Shown piece after piece: positions 50,375 to 60,017 of a DNA stretch of 64,000 nucleotides (position 1 is its first letter; each line of letters begins with the position of its first letter). Made by a program: the position numbers and the translations under genes. The DNA is taken from positions 30,903 to 94,902 of the forward strand of contig SBHC01000026.1 in assembly GCA_006226375.1 (NCBI GenBank), in the 5' to 3' direction. The stretch is from Deltaproteobacteria bacterium (GTDB taxonomy: Bacteria > Myxococcota_C > UBA6777). Under the pieces are notes generated by a model. It saw only the letters and a program-made list of their open reading frames with translations. It was not told where the DNA came from and searched no databases.

Positions 50375-51595
50375 ATGGCAGACAACCGAGAACTCCAAAG
50401 GTTATTGAGTGATGAGCAACAAATTCTTGGAGCGGACTTGAGCCAAGCCCAGTTGCGAGGTGAGAATCTTCGGGGAAAGGTCCTGATTCATTCGGACTTT
50501 ACTCTGGCAGACTTGAGCGGCTCGGTACTCAGCCAAGCCGATTTAAGTCAGGCGAACTTTGAAGGAGCAAACTTATCTTCTTGTGATTTGAAAGAGTCAG
50601 ATTTTACGTTCACGAACTTGAAAGAAGCCGATTTGTCTGAGGCTTCCCTCGCTCATGCTCTTCTTTATGATACAAACTTGAGAGGTTCCAATCTACAGAA
50701 TGCAGATTGTCGACACGCCGTGTTATCTGGGGTAGATCTCGCCGAAGCAAATTTGTCAGGAGCAGACTTTTCCAAGGCAGAGCTTTGTGGAGTGGACCTT
50801 CGGAAGGTAGACTTGCGTGGCGTTAACATGACCCAGGCAGACTTATCTGATACGGATTTGCGTGGTGTTGACCTTAGAGAGACTGAGTTATCTGATGTCG
50901 TACTCGTGAGCGCCAAATACGATAAACAAACGCGTTGGCCCGAAAGTATCAACCCCGATGATGCTGGTGTCCGCCTCATCAGCTGGGAAACTCGCAAAGC
51001 CAACTTTCTCTTCTTCTTGAAGGTGTCTTTCTACTGGACCCGCTATTCTATAGCTGCAGTGCTTCTCGTTCTCTTTTTTCATTTTCTTTGGCCCAGCCTT
51101 GGATTTTACTCATTTGGTTTCCTTCTCTGCGCGTGTGTGTTTTCCATCTATATACAAATGCCGAAAAGCTCCCGACATCTTCAGTCAGAACTACGCCGAA
51201 CCTCCGGTCAATACAACAAAAAGGTCGGACAGAGTGTCACCTTAGGACTGCTTCTTAACCTTGTTGTTCTTTCCGTTGTGATGTTTGCTTTGTTTACAGC
51301 CGGCATTTCGTTTCGTTGGGGTGGATTTCATGTCCAAGAGCCAACATTTTTGACATGGCTCTTCTTTTCAATCATAAACATTTTGGACCCCATTTCCCTA
51401 GGAGTTCCCGAGAAACTAGGACTCTATACCTCTCCCATCAGGCCGACCCATTTCCTATCACGGGCCTATGTCCTTGCTTACCAACTTTTCATTGATTTTG
51501 TGCTTGTGTTTACCTTTGTCAGATATTGGAAAGCAAGAACAGAAGAGGCTCGGATTCTCCGGAAAAAAACAATTCTAACGAACAAACAGCGGTAA
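50375..51595 (+). CDS. Pentapeptide-repeat protein with C-terminal membrane domain
   Basis: About 30 A(D/N)LxX pentapeptides, AKYDKQTRWP cap, then 4-5 hydrophobic helices. Confidence 0.88.
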   Translation: MADNRELQRLLSDEQQILGADLSQAQLRGENLRGKVLIHSDFTLADLSGSVLSQADLSQANFEGANLSSCDLKESDFTFTNLKEADLSEASLAHALLYDTNLRGSNLQNADCRHAVLSGVDLAEANLSGADFSKAELCGVDLRKVDLRGVNMTQADLSDTDLRGVDLRETELSDVVLVSAKYDKQTRWPESINPDDAGVRLISWETRKANFLFFLKVSFYWTRYSIAAVLLVLFFHFLWPSLGFYSFGFLLCACVFSIYIQMPKSSRHLQSELRRTSGQYNKKVGQSVTLGLLLNLVVLSVVMFALFTAGISFRWGGFHVQEPTFLTWLFFSIINILDPISLGVPEKLGLYTSPIRPTHFLSRAYVLAYQLFIDFVLVFTFVRYWKARTEEARILRKKTILTNKQR

Positions 51596-51672
51596 GTGAG
51601 GATACGAAGAACTTTATCGTGAACAGTCTGTAAAGCAACCCCAAATCCTCGACAACAAGTTACGACAATATC

Positions 51673-52035
51673 TCACCTACGAATGACTCCACCCCACATA
51701 CACGCCAACATACTCGCGGAGCATAATGCGGGCTTCCCGCCGACAAGAGTTGTGTCATCCCCTGGTGACCAGGGACCAAGCGTTATAGGCTTACATGGCA
51801 TTGAGACGGGCCCCTCTATCCCCAAGGTGGCTGTTGTAGCAGCGATAACTTCAGGATTATTCATCGAACAACACAACCCAAATGGTTGGACATTAACATT
51901 TGCTTCATGGTCCATGATGTTTGCTTCATAGTGAACATCAGAACCTTCTACCTTTGCAGAAGGTACCAATGAAGAAGGCTCGGATCCAAAAGTACAACTC
52001 AATGTGATCAAATTGGGGATTTTGTGGTCTGACAT
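51673..52035 (-). CDS. DUF4280 PAAR-like protein
   Basis: LSCTFG, ANIMDH, PFGLCCSMNNPEV.AAT, PCKP, PWSPG and LACMWGGVI. Confidence 0.88.
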   Translation of the reverse strand: MSDHKIPNLITLSCTFGSEPSSLVPSAKVEGSDVHYEANIMDHEANVNVQPFGLCCSMNNPEVIAATTATLGIEGPVSMPCKPITLGPWSPGDDTTLVGGKPALCSASMLACMWGGVIRR

Positions 52036-52169
52036 ATCTCTTTCACTTCCTTGGTGCGACACAATAGGATCTTAGAAAAAAGGATAAGCGAGAATCTCCT
52101 GGCGCGAGGTTCACCCCGACCATTCGCTCCTAAACTAAGACAATACTCCACGAATCAAGTGCGGACAAC

Positions 52170-53372
52170 CTAAATGTCAACTTGCAGAATGGAAGATGTG
52201 GACTCCAGCGCAGAGACGAGGAATCCAACCACTTCATCCAAGACTTCAGCCCCCCGCTCGGTCAATTGGAACCGGTCGGAAGGTTCAAGGAGTAGACCAT
52301 CTTCAACAAGAGGTTGGCTGGCCTCTACAAGGGGTTCATAAAGCTCCATCCCATAGAGTTGTTCAACAAGTTGAGGAGTCCATCCTTCACGAAGCCTCAA
52401 GCCAAACATCATCGCTTCAGTCACAACCTCTTCTCGGCTGCGGTTGTTCCAAGGCGAAGCCGTCGGTTGTTCGAGGTACTTGGGCATGTTGCGAGGGTTG
52501 GCTCTTCGTGCGCCCAACTCAGGCAAAGCCCGGAAGGAATGGGCGCCAGGTCCAACACCGAGATAGTCGGAGCCTCGCCAGTTGTCGACGTTGTGGCGCG
52601 ACTCGCGTCCCGGCTGAGCGTAGTTGGAGATCTCATACCACTGCATCCCCACGTCTTGGGTAATCGACCGCGTGACCCGAAACATCTCCAGCGATTCTTC
52701 TTCGGAAGGAAGCACCAATTCACCTTTGTTAACGGCCCGTGTCATCGGCGTTCCCCGTTCAAGAATAAGCTCGTACAAGGAAAGATGATCGGTGCCCCAG
52801 GTAAGCAGTTCGGTGAGTTCCTGGCTCCAGCCTTCCACGGTCTGGCCAGGCCAACCGTAGATCATATCGCAGCTCACATTGGAGAACCCAGCGTCACGGA
52901 GCGTCTCATAACAGCGTTTTGCCCTATCCACGCTGTGGAATCGTCCCAACAACTTAAGACCCTCAGGGTTGAGAGATTGCACCCCCATTGATGCCCGGTT
53001 CACCCCAACATCCAGGTAACCTTGGGCTTTTTCTGGGGTCATGGTGTCTGGATTGATCTCAATGGTAATTTCCGCGTCATCCACGAACTCCCAGTACTGT
53101 CGGACACAATCGAAGACTTCCCCTAACTCCTTTGGTGTCAGAAGAGAAGGAGTTCCCCCACCCAAAAAGACGGTACGAATGGGTCGGTCCAGCCACTCCT
53201 TACCCAAGGCGATAATCTCCTGGTGTAGAGCACGAAGATAGGGAGAAAACTGGTCGGAGCGGTTCTCGCCCAATGGCATGGTAAAGAAGTCACAATAAGA
53301 GCATCGTTGCAAGCAGTAGGGTACATGGATGTACAACCCAAACCCTTCTCTTGCATGGTTGGCTTGCTTCAA
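52170..53372 (-). CDS. hemW: Radical SAM heme chaperone HemW (HemN-like)
   Basis: LYIHVPYCLQRCSYCDF, GGGTPS, EINP, SMGVQS, YEISNYA, HNVDNW and GVGPGAHS. Confidence 0.9.
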   Translation of the reverse strand: MKQANHAREGFGLYIHVPYCLQRCSYCDFFTMPLGENRSDQFSPYLRALHQEIIALGKEWLDRPIRTVFLGGGTPSLLTPKELGEVFDCVRQYWEFVDDAEITIEINPDTMTPEKAQGYLDVGVNRASMGVQSLNPEGLKLLGRFHSVDRAKRCYETLRDAGFSNVSCDMIYGWPGQTVEGWSQELTELLTWGTDHLSLYELILERGTPMTRAVNKGELVLPSEEESLEMFRVTRSITQDVGMQWYEISNYAQPGRESRHNVDNWRGSDYLGVGPGAHSFRALPELGARRANPRNMPKYLEQPTASPWNNRSREEVVTEAMMFGLRLREGWTPQLVEQLYGMELYEPLVEASQPLVEDGLLLEPSDRFQLTERGAEVLDEVVGFLVSALESTSSILQVDI

Positions 53373-55312
53373 GAACTGGTCCCTCGGTACATCATCGTTT
53401 GCGCATACGCGACAAAGCCAAACTGACGAGCCAACGGCATTAACTCGGGATCAATCACCAGCAAGATCTGGTGCCCCTCCGCGTTGTGCAACAAGCTGGT
53501 CATCACTTGCTTAAACAACAAGGCAGACCTCTTGTACTTTTGAATGAAGGCAACGTCAGTGATGAGCGTTTGCGTCACGCCATCGGAAAGTTTTCGGCCC
53601 ACCGCAACAAGGGTTGGACCTTCAAAGATACACACCACACCTTGGCTGTTTTCAAACGCTTGCTTTCGCTTCGCAAGGGTCAGAGAGTTGTTGGGCTTGC
53701 CTTGAAACAAAGCGTCCACAGCCGTCCAGTTTAAGTCAGCGACTTCGATCTTCACTCGCCAGGGTAGCTGTGCGGTGGGAGTGCTGTCATCCGAGTTTAA
53801 GAAAGAGGGTCTTGCGAAGGGGTCAATGACAGGAGGCGGCGTTGATTCATCGTAATGTTTGCGAGCAGACCGAAGCGAAGACGGCGATTGAAAAACAGAC
53901 ACCTGAACGGGTTGGCCAGGGGAGCTGTCTGGATCCGCAGCCAAAGACTCCTCTGCCGCCGTGTTCTCAACTTTCGGAGGCTTCCGACTCAGGGTCTTCT
54001 CTCCGACCTCAACCTCGGAAAGCAAGGGAGGAAGCCAAGACTTGGGTTCCGCAGGCTTGTTGGTTAAAGCTGGCGGTGCAGAAGGTGCCGTGGGTAAGCG
54101 GGAGGAATCGTGGAGGTTAAAGCCTTCGCTTGTCTTCGCTCCTTCGAGGATTCCATGAGGTTGTGTGTCCTTCGACAAGCCGCTGAGAGCAGCAGGACGA
54201 AACGGAGACGTGGGGTTTTCCTGCATGGTCGAAAACAAGGGTGAGACCCTGTCTCGCTGGGTGGCCGCTTCCTTTTGAGCCGTGGGAATTTCATCCTCGT
54301 CAGGCAAAAGCAGCTCTTCGGCCAACGCGGCCCTGCCTCTTTTGGGCCCCAAATTGATGGTGTCCACTTCTTTGCTATCGGCGCGGGCAAACACAGGGGT
54401 CATCTGGGTAGATTCTTCCACCGTGTTCCAACTGTCAGCCACAGAGGTCGGCTCAAAATCGTCCTCGAATTCCTCTTCGACATCGTCAAGAGTTAGGACT
54501 GCAGTGTGATCATCGTCACTCGGCAACTTCTTTGCAGGTGGAGAGCCCAGGTCGAGTGTTCCATGCAAAGGTGACGTCGTTTTTTTGAGAACCGGAGCAG
54601 GAGGCAACATCAAAGGGCCTGAGGGCAAGGAGGACGGAGGTGGTGTAGTGTCGGGAGCTTGTGGAACAGGACCGCTCCCGTCTGCCAATTTGCGACGAAG
54701 CTCGCTAAGCCGCTTCTTCACCAACGGGTATCGCTTGTTGAGTTGGAGCACTTTCTCGTAGATTTCAATGGCGAGGCTGTACTCTTGCCGGGATGCTGCT
54801 TCTTCAGCTTGTCGACCTAGCTTGGCCGCAAGGACGAGTCTGCCTTCTTCAGGTTCCCCCTCGTCATCACCTCGCGATGAATCAGAGACTTGCAGGCGCT
54901 TCGTGTTGTCTGGGTCATAGGCATCATGGTCGCGCAAACCTGGACACTTGTTGGCTTCAAACCAACGCTCTGTGATGTGGTGAAAGACGGGAGTGTCAGG
55001 AAGAATCCACCCCCCATCCAAAAGTTCAGCCAGAGCATCCATGGTCGAGAGGGGGTAATTTTGCTCCATTAAGTGGACTGAGACTTTCGCCTTGGCCGGA
55101 CGCGCCCTGTACATCTCCAGAATGGACGATAGTTCAGGCCGCAGCATCGGGTTGATAGCTGGATCGATCGCCAGCATCGGAGCGGTCATCGTTCTTCGAG
55201 CGGGAGCGATTTTCGGATCACTTCCCTTTGGCTTCTTGTGGAGGTCTGCGTTGCAGCGAGAACACACCTGCGCATGGGGGGGTTGTGAAGCACCGCATTG
55301 CCAACATGTCAT
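53369..55312 (-). CDS. Zinc-ribbon + TPR + disordered linker + GNAT-like domain protein
   Basis: CWQCG...CSRC, a single TPR (YSLAIEIYEKVLQLN), a P/S/D/E-rich region, and C-terminal AFENS...LVAVGRKLSDG...ITDV...FGF. Confidence 0.75.
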   Translation of the reverse strand: MTCWQCGASQPPHAQVCSRCNADLHKKPKGSDPKIAPARRTMTAPMLAIDPAINPMLRPELSSILEMYRARPAKAKVSVHLMEQNYPLSTMDALAELLDGGWILPDTPVFHHITERWFEANKCPGLRDHDAYDPDNTKRLQVSDSSRGDDEGEPEEGRLVLAAKLGRQAEEAASRQEYSLAIEIYEKVLQLNKRYPLVKKRLSELRRKLADGSGPVPQAPDTTPPPSSLPSGPLMLPPAPVLKKTTSPLHGTLDLGSPPAKKLPSDDDHTAVLTLDDVEEEFEDDFEPTSVADSWNTVEESTQMTPVFARADSKEVDTINLGPKRGRAALAEELLLPDEDEIPTAQKEAATQRDRVSPLFSTMQENPTSPFRPAALSGLSKDTQPHGILEGAKTSEGFNLHDSSRLPTAPSAPPALTNKPAEPKSWLPPLLSEVEVGEKTLSRKPPKVENTAAEESLAADPDSSPGQPVQVSVFQSPSSLRSARKHYDESTPPPVIDPFARPSFLNSDDSTPTAQLPWRVKIEVADLNWTAVDALFQGKPNNSLTLAKRKQAFENSQGVVCIFEGPTLVAVGRKLSDGVTQTLITDVAFIQKYKRSALLFKQVMTSLLHNAEGHQILLVIDPELMPLARQFGFVAYAQTMMYRGTSS

Positions 55313-55445
55313 CCCAGTTAAGCAGCTCTTTCTACAGGGTGAACAAAGCCACAGGATCAGGACGCTCTACCAAAACACTCCCTTTCCTGTCGTGATAAGG
55401 TACAATAGCCTACGACATCAGGTTCCGACAAGAGGAGTGCGACCT

Positions 55446-57509
55446 TTGCCATCGAAAGCCCCAGAACGCTCGACCCCACATCCCCAAGATGGAGTGGGAT
55501 TCCTTCCTTTTCGGGAGCAGGAATTTCTCTACTTTGAGCAGGTCAGGCTCCTCCGGCAAAGTGAGCACAGCTCGGTGACACGGGCGACCCTGCTTACCTT
55601 GGCGGAAACCATCATCCATAGGTTGGAGCAACTTGGGGCGCAAACCCAACACTATCTTCAAGAGCTTCGAGATGACCTCAAGCTCACCACATCCTATTCA
55701 TCCAACCGACTCCCACGACAACTGTTTGTCACCCTCACCCGAGAAGAGTTTCCGCCGTCCCACGATGCCGCTCTGTACATTGCTCTACGCGACGAAGGCC
55801 TGGAGATGGGTTTTGGATTTGGAATCCGCAAAGCCCCAGACCCCTTCCCTGTCCTCGAAAAATACATCTCCCAGTTCCAACGATTCCACCGCAAGTCAGG
55901 GAACTACGTGGAGTCTCTTTTGCAGCGCGATTACAAGCTATGGACCGAACCGTTTCAACCGTTTGCCACGCCCAGTGAAAGTGTTGGCGACTGGCTTCAC
56001 CAACCGGGTGTCATTGTTCGAACCTTGGATCGCAGCGAGATGTCGAGCGCGGGCCAAACCCTTCCGACTCTTGTGGGTCAGGTGATGGGAGAACTTATCG
56101 GATGGTACGGTTTTTTGGACAGGCTTTATACCAAAGTTCCGCATGTCCGACCGTTGCTCATCGAGTCGTTTGAGGACCCGACCTCTCTTCCACCCGAGGA
56201 TGACATCTATGACGGCCACTCCGCCTTGCAGTCACTGCTGCTCGACTTCCAACAATACGCTCGCAGTCATCAACTCGACTTCAGCCTCAACGTGATCCGT
56301 GCTTACTACCTTGCGCTGCAAACCCGCCCCTTTGTCATCTTGAGCGGCGCTGCAGGAACAGGGAAAAGCAAGCTCGCCCTGTTGTTTGCAAGATTCTTGG
56401 CGTTGGATACGGAGTACGAAGAAGGCAACCCTCATGTCGCGTTTCTGCCTGTACGACCCGATTGGCTCGATCCACAGCCCTTGTTGGGCTACTACGACAC
56501 GCTCGCCCATACCTATCGCAGTACGCCCTTTCTCAACGTGTTGTTGCGAGCCCACCACGACCCAGACAGCCCCTACTTTGTCATCCTCGACGAGATGAAT
56601 CTGGCGCGGGTGGAATACTACATGGCGGATGTCTTAAGTCTGTTGGAAAGTCGGGTGTACTCGGCAGATGGTGAGCTCAACCAGGTCTCGCTACACCTCC
56701 ACTCTCAATCCGAGCCTCTCTCTATCGAAGACCGGTTTGGAGAATGGCTAGAACTTCCCGGACAGCTCCCCATCCCTGCCAACTTGTACCTCACCGGGAC
56801 GGTAAACATTGATGAAACGACCCACCGACTCAGCCCCAAGGTGTTGGACAGGGCCAATCTGATAGAGATGACCAGCCCCTCTCCAGCGAGCTATCTCCAC
56901 AACCTGTACTTGCAACCCTCACCGTATGCAGACCATCGAAGCCCCGCCATGATTTCCCGGCAAAGAGATGCCTTCTGTCGCAACGGCACCTTCACAGCAC
57001 CCTACAAACCCGAGCAACTCACGCTTCGGCCAGAGTTAATGGTAGAGCTGGCTTCGTCTTTGGAGATCATCGTGAAGGTCGTCACCGACGCTGGCTTTGC
57101 CGTAGGAATGAGGACCATCCAAGAGGTTGTCGATTTTGGTGAAAACCTCGCTCGCCTCAACGAACCTCATCCCCCAGACCTGGCCTGGTGGCTGGATCAC
57201 CAACTGCTTCAAAAGGTCCTCCCCAGGTTGAATGGCTCTCGCCAGCAATTGGAGCGACCCTTGGCCCAGTTGTTGTTGCTGTGTTGGCCCCAACGTTTGG
57301 AGCCAGACTTTCGCCGGGAGCTATTGGAGGTCGAAGGGTTTCCGTTGGAACCCCAACCGTTTGTACGACGGGCGCTTCGGACTCATCGACCGTTTCAACA
57401 CGATGAGGAGTTCCCAGCTCCAGACTTGCCGTTGTCAGCCAGGAAGCTAGCTGAAATGCTCACCACATTCCAACATCAACCTTACGTGGATTTCCACCTT
57501 CTCACCTAG
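55446..57509 (+). CDS. McrB-family AAA+ NTPase with N-terminal putative DNA-recognition domain
   Basis: SGAAGTGKSKLA, VRPDW, ILDEMNLARVEYY and GTVNIDETTHRLSPKVLDRAN. TTG start 8 nt after GAGGAG; TACAAT at 55401. Confidence 0.88.
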   Translation: MPSKAPERSTPHPQDGVGFLPFREQEFLYFEQVRLLRQSEHSSVTRATLLTLAETIIHRLEQLGAQTQHYLQELRDDLKLTTSYSSNRLPRQLFVTLTREEFPPSHDAALYIALRDEGLEMGFGFGIRKAPDPFPVLEKYISQFQRFHRKSGNYVESLLQRDYKLWTEPFQPFATPSESVGDWLHQPGVIVRTLDRSEMSSAGQTLPTLVGQVMGELIGWYGFLDRLYTKVPHVRPLLIESFEDPTSLPPEDDIYDGHSALQSLLLDFQQYARSHQLDFSLNVIRAYYLALQTRPFVILSGAAGTGKSKLALLFARFLALDTEYEEGNPHVAFLPVRPDWLDPQPLLGYYDTLAHTYRSTPFLNVLLRAHHDPDSPYFVILDEMNLARVEYYMADVLSLLESRVYSADGELNQVSLHLHSQSEPLSIEDRFGEWLELPGQLPIPANLYLTGTVNIDETTHRLSPKVLDRANLIEMTSPSPASYLHNLYLQPSPYADHRSPAMISRQRDAFCRNGTFTAPYKPEQLTLRPELMVELASSLEIIVKVVTDAGFAVGMRTIQEVVDFGENLARLNEPHPPDLAWWLDHQLLQKVLPRLNGSRQQLERPLAQLLLLCWPQRLEPDFRRELLEVEGFPLEPQPFVRRALRTHRPFQHDEEFPAPDLPLSARKLAEMLTTFQHQPYVDFHLLT

Positions 57510-57546
57510 GTGGACGAAGCGATAACACTCAAAAGGAGAACCCTTC

Positions 57547-60009
57547 ATGTTGCAGCACCCGACCCTTCCCTCTCATGCACAGGTTGTCATTGTGGGTGGC
57601 GGAATCATAGGATGTTCAGTAGCGTACCACCTTGCTCACGCAGGTTGGAAGGATGTGGTGCTACTGGAGCAGAGCCAATTAACAGCCGGAACCACATGGC
57701 ATGCTGCGGGTCTGATGACGACGTTTGGTTCGACCTCGGAGACCTCCTTCCGAATGCGCACCTACAGCCGAGACCTGTACGCGAGATTGGAAGAAGAAAC
57801 GGGCCAAGCTACCGGGTTCATGGATGTTGGATTCATTGAAGTGGCTGCCGACAAAGACAGGTTGGAGGAGTTCCGTCGGGTCGCTGCCTTCAATCGATAC
57901 TTGGGACTGGACGTTGTAGAGATCTCCCCCAAAGAAGTCCAAGAGCTCTTTCCCCTCGCCAAAGTCGATGACATCCTCGCTGGCTTCTATTGCAAAGACG
58001 ATGGCAGGGTGAACCCCATTGATGTGACGATGGCGCTCGCCAAAGGTGCTCGGATGCAAGGAGCCACTCTCCTTCAAAACGTCACAGCAACGGGAGTGAC
58101 ACAAACGAACGGCCGAGTGACTGGAGTCACAACCAAACAGGGGACGATCAAGGCCGAATTCGTCGTGAATTGTGCCGGGATGTGGGCCCGAGAGTTTGGC
58201 GAACGTGCTGGAGTCACCATCCCCAACCAGGCCGCAGAGCATTACTACTTGATCACAGAGCCCTCTTCCGACGTCCCCAAAGACCTACCGATCTTGGAAG
58301 ACCCTTCTTGCCACGGATACTACCGAGAAGAGACAGGGGGAATCATGATTGGATTGTTTGAACCTGTGTGTGCCCCCTGGAAAATAGAAGGCATCCCCGA
58401 CGACTTTTCTTTTGGCGAGATCCCCCCCGATTGGGAGCGAATGGGACCGTTCCTCGAAAAAGCCATGAGCCGAATCCCCCTGACGATGGAGCTTGGCATC
58501 AAAAAGTTCTTCTGTGGTCCTGAAAGCTTCACACCGGACCTCAGCCCCATCGTCGGAGAAGCGCCCGAACTCAAGAATTACTTTGTAGCGGCAGGACTCA
58601 ACTCTGTTGGAATCATCACCGGCGGCGGGATGGGACGAGTCTTGGCTCACTGGATCATGAACGGTCAACCTGACGTTGACGTCACAGGGTTTAACATGGA
58701 TCGACTTCACCCTTATCAATCCAACCCAGAGTACCGAAAGACGCGAACCGTCGAGACCTTAGGGCTTGTCTACCAGTGCCATTACCCTTACAAAGTTCCG
58801 AAGACCGCTCGGAACGCCAAGAAGTCTCCCTTTCACGACAGGCTCGCTTTACAAGGAGCCTATTTCAAGGATGTGAGCGGATGGGAGTCGCCCGACTGGT
58901 TTGCACCAGAGGGAGAAACACCCGAAGTACTCAAGCAATCCTGGGGGCGCCAGCACTGGTTTGATTGGTGGGCCGAAGAACATCATGCCTGCCGGAATGA
59001 AGTGGCTGCCTTTGACATGTCGTTTATGTCGAAGTTTCTCGTGGTAGGGCCCGATGCCAGCCGCGCTCTCGATTGGCTCTCTGCCAACCGTATCGATGGG
59101 GAATCAGGACAGATCACCTACACACAATGGTTGAACAAGAAAGGAACGTTGGAAGCGGATGTTACCGTAGTAAAGCATTCCTCCGATCGGTGTATGGTGG
59201 TAGCGACGGATACGATGCATCGCCATGTTGAAACCTGGATGAAGCGTAACATTCCCGACAACATGCACGCTTATGTGGTCGATGTGACCTCATCCTTCGG
59301 ACAATTGAACATCCAGGGTCCGCGCTCCAGGGAGTTACTCCAAAGCCTCACAACCACCGATCTCTCCGACGAAGCGTTCCCTTTTCGCACAGCCAGGGAG
59401 ATCGACCTGGGGTTCGCAAGGGCCTTGTGCGTTCGCATCACCTACGTGGGTGAGTTGGGCTACGAGTTGTACATCCCCTCGGAGCAAGCCACCCATGTCT
59501 ATGACCTGGTCGCCAACGCTGGAAAAGCCTTTAACCTTCGTCACGCTGGGTTGAAAGCGTTGGCCAGCTTGCGCATGGAGAAGGGATACCGAGATTACGG
59601 CCATGACATCGACAACACGGACAATCCCTACGAAGCCGGCTTGGGCTTTGCGGTAGACCTCAGCCCAGACAGAGACTTCCTTGGAAGACAAGCTTGCCTG
59701 GAGTTCAAAGCTCGGGCTTCCTGGAACAGACGGCTGGCACAAATCCAGCTGTTGGACCCAAAGCCCATGATGTACCACGCCGAAATCGTGTACCGAAACG
59801 GCCAGCCCATCGGGGACATTCGCGCGGCTTCGTACGGTCATACAGTAGGAGGAGCGGTTGGTCTTTGTATGTTGGAAGCCCATGAACCCATCAACCGGGC
59901 TTTCATGCAAGACGCGACCTGGGAAGTGGACGTCGCTGGAACTCGCTACCCTGCCAAAGCCTCGATACGACCGCTGTATGACCCTACCAACCAACGCATC
60001 AAGGGCTAA
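57547..60009 (+). CDS. GcvT-family FAD oxidoreductase (dimethylglycine/sarcosine dehydrogenase-like)
   Basis: VGGGIIG, AGTTWHAAGL, GPESFTPD, ITYVGELGYEL and SLRMEKGY. SD AAAGGAG. Confidence 0.93.
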   Translation: MLQHPTLPSHAQVVIVGGGIIGCSVAYHLAHAGWKDVVLLEQSQLTAGTTWHAAGLMTTFGSTSETSFRMRTYSRDLYARLEEETGQATGFMDVGFIEVAADKDRLEEFRRVAAFNRYLGLDVVEISPKEVQELFPLAKVDDILAGFYCKDDGRVNPIDVTMALAKGARMQGATLLQNVTATGVTQTNGRVTGVTTKQGTIKAEFVVNCAGMWAREFGERAGVTIPNQAAEHYYLITEPSSDVPKDLPILEDPSCHGYYREETGGIMIGLFEPVCAPWKIEGIPDDFSFGEIPPDWERMGPFLEKAMSRIPLTMELGIKKFFCGPESFTPDLSPIVGEAPELKNYFVAAGLNSVGIITGGGMGRVLAHWIMNGQPDVDVTGFNMDRLHPYQSNPEYRKTRTVETLGLVYQCHYPYKVPKTARNAKKSPFHDRLALQGAYFKDVSGWESPDWFAPEGETPEVLKQSWGRQHWFDWWAEEHHACRNEVAAFDMSFMSKFLVVGPDASRALDWLSANRIDGESGQITYTQWLNKKGTLEADVTVVKHSSDRCMVVATDTMHRHVETWMKRNIPDNMHAYVVDVTSSFGQLNIQGPRSRELLQSLTTTDLSDEAFPFRTAREIDLGFARALCVRITYVGELGYELYIPSEQATHVYDLVANAGKAFNLRHAGLKALASLRMEKGYRDYGHDIDNTDNPYEAGLGFAVDLSPDRDFLGRQACLEFKARASWNRRLAQIQLLDPKPMMYHAEIVYRNGQPIGDIRAASYGHTVGGAVGLCMLEAHEPINRAFMQDATWEVDVAGTRYPAKASIRPLYDPTNQRIKG

Positions 60010-60017
60010 GCCTCCGC

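Noticed and set aside
55092-55445. N-terminal 118 aa of the 805-aa McrB ORF
   Set aside because: It overlaps the divergent Zn-ribbon gene. An SD-supported TTG at 55446 is the better start.
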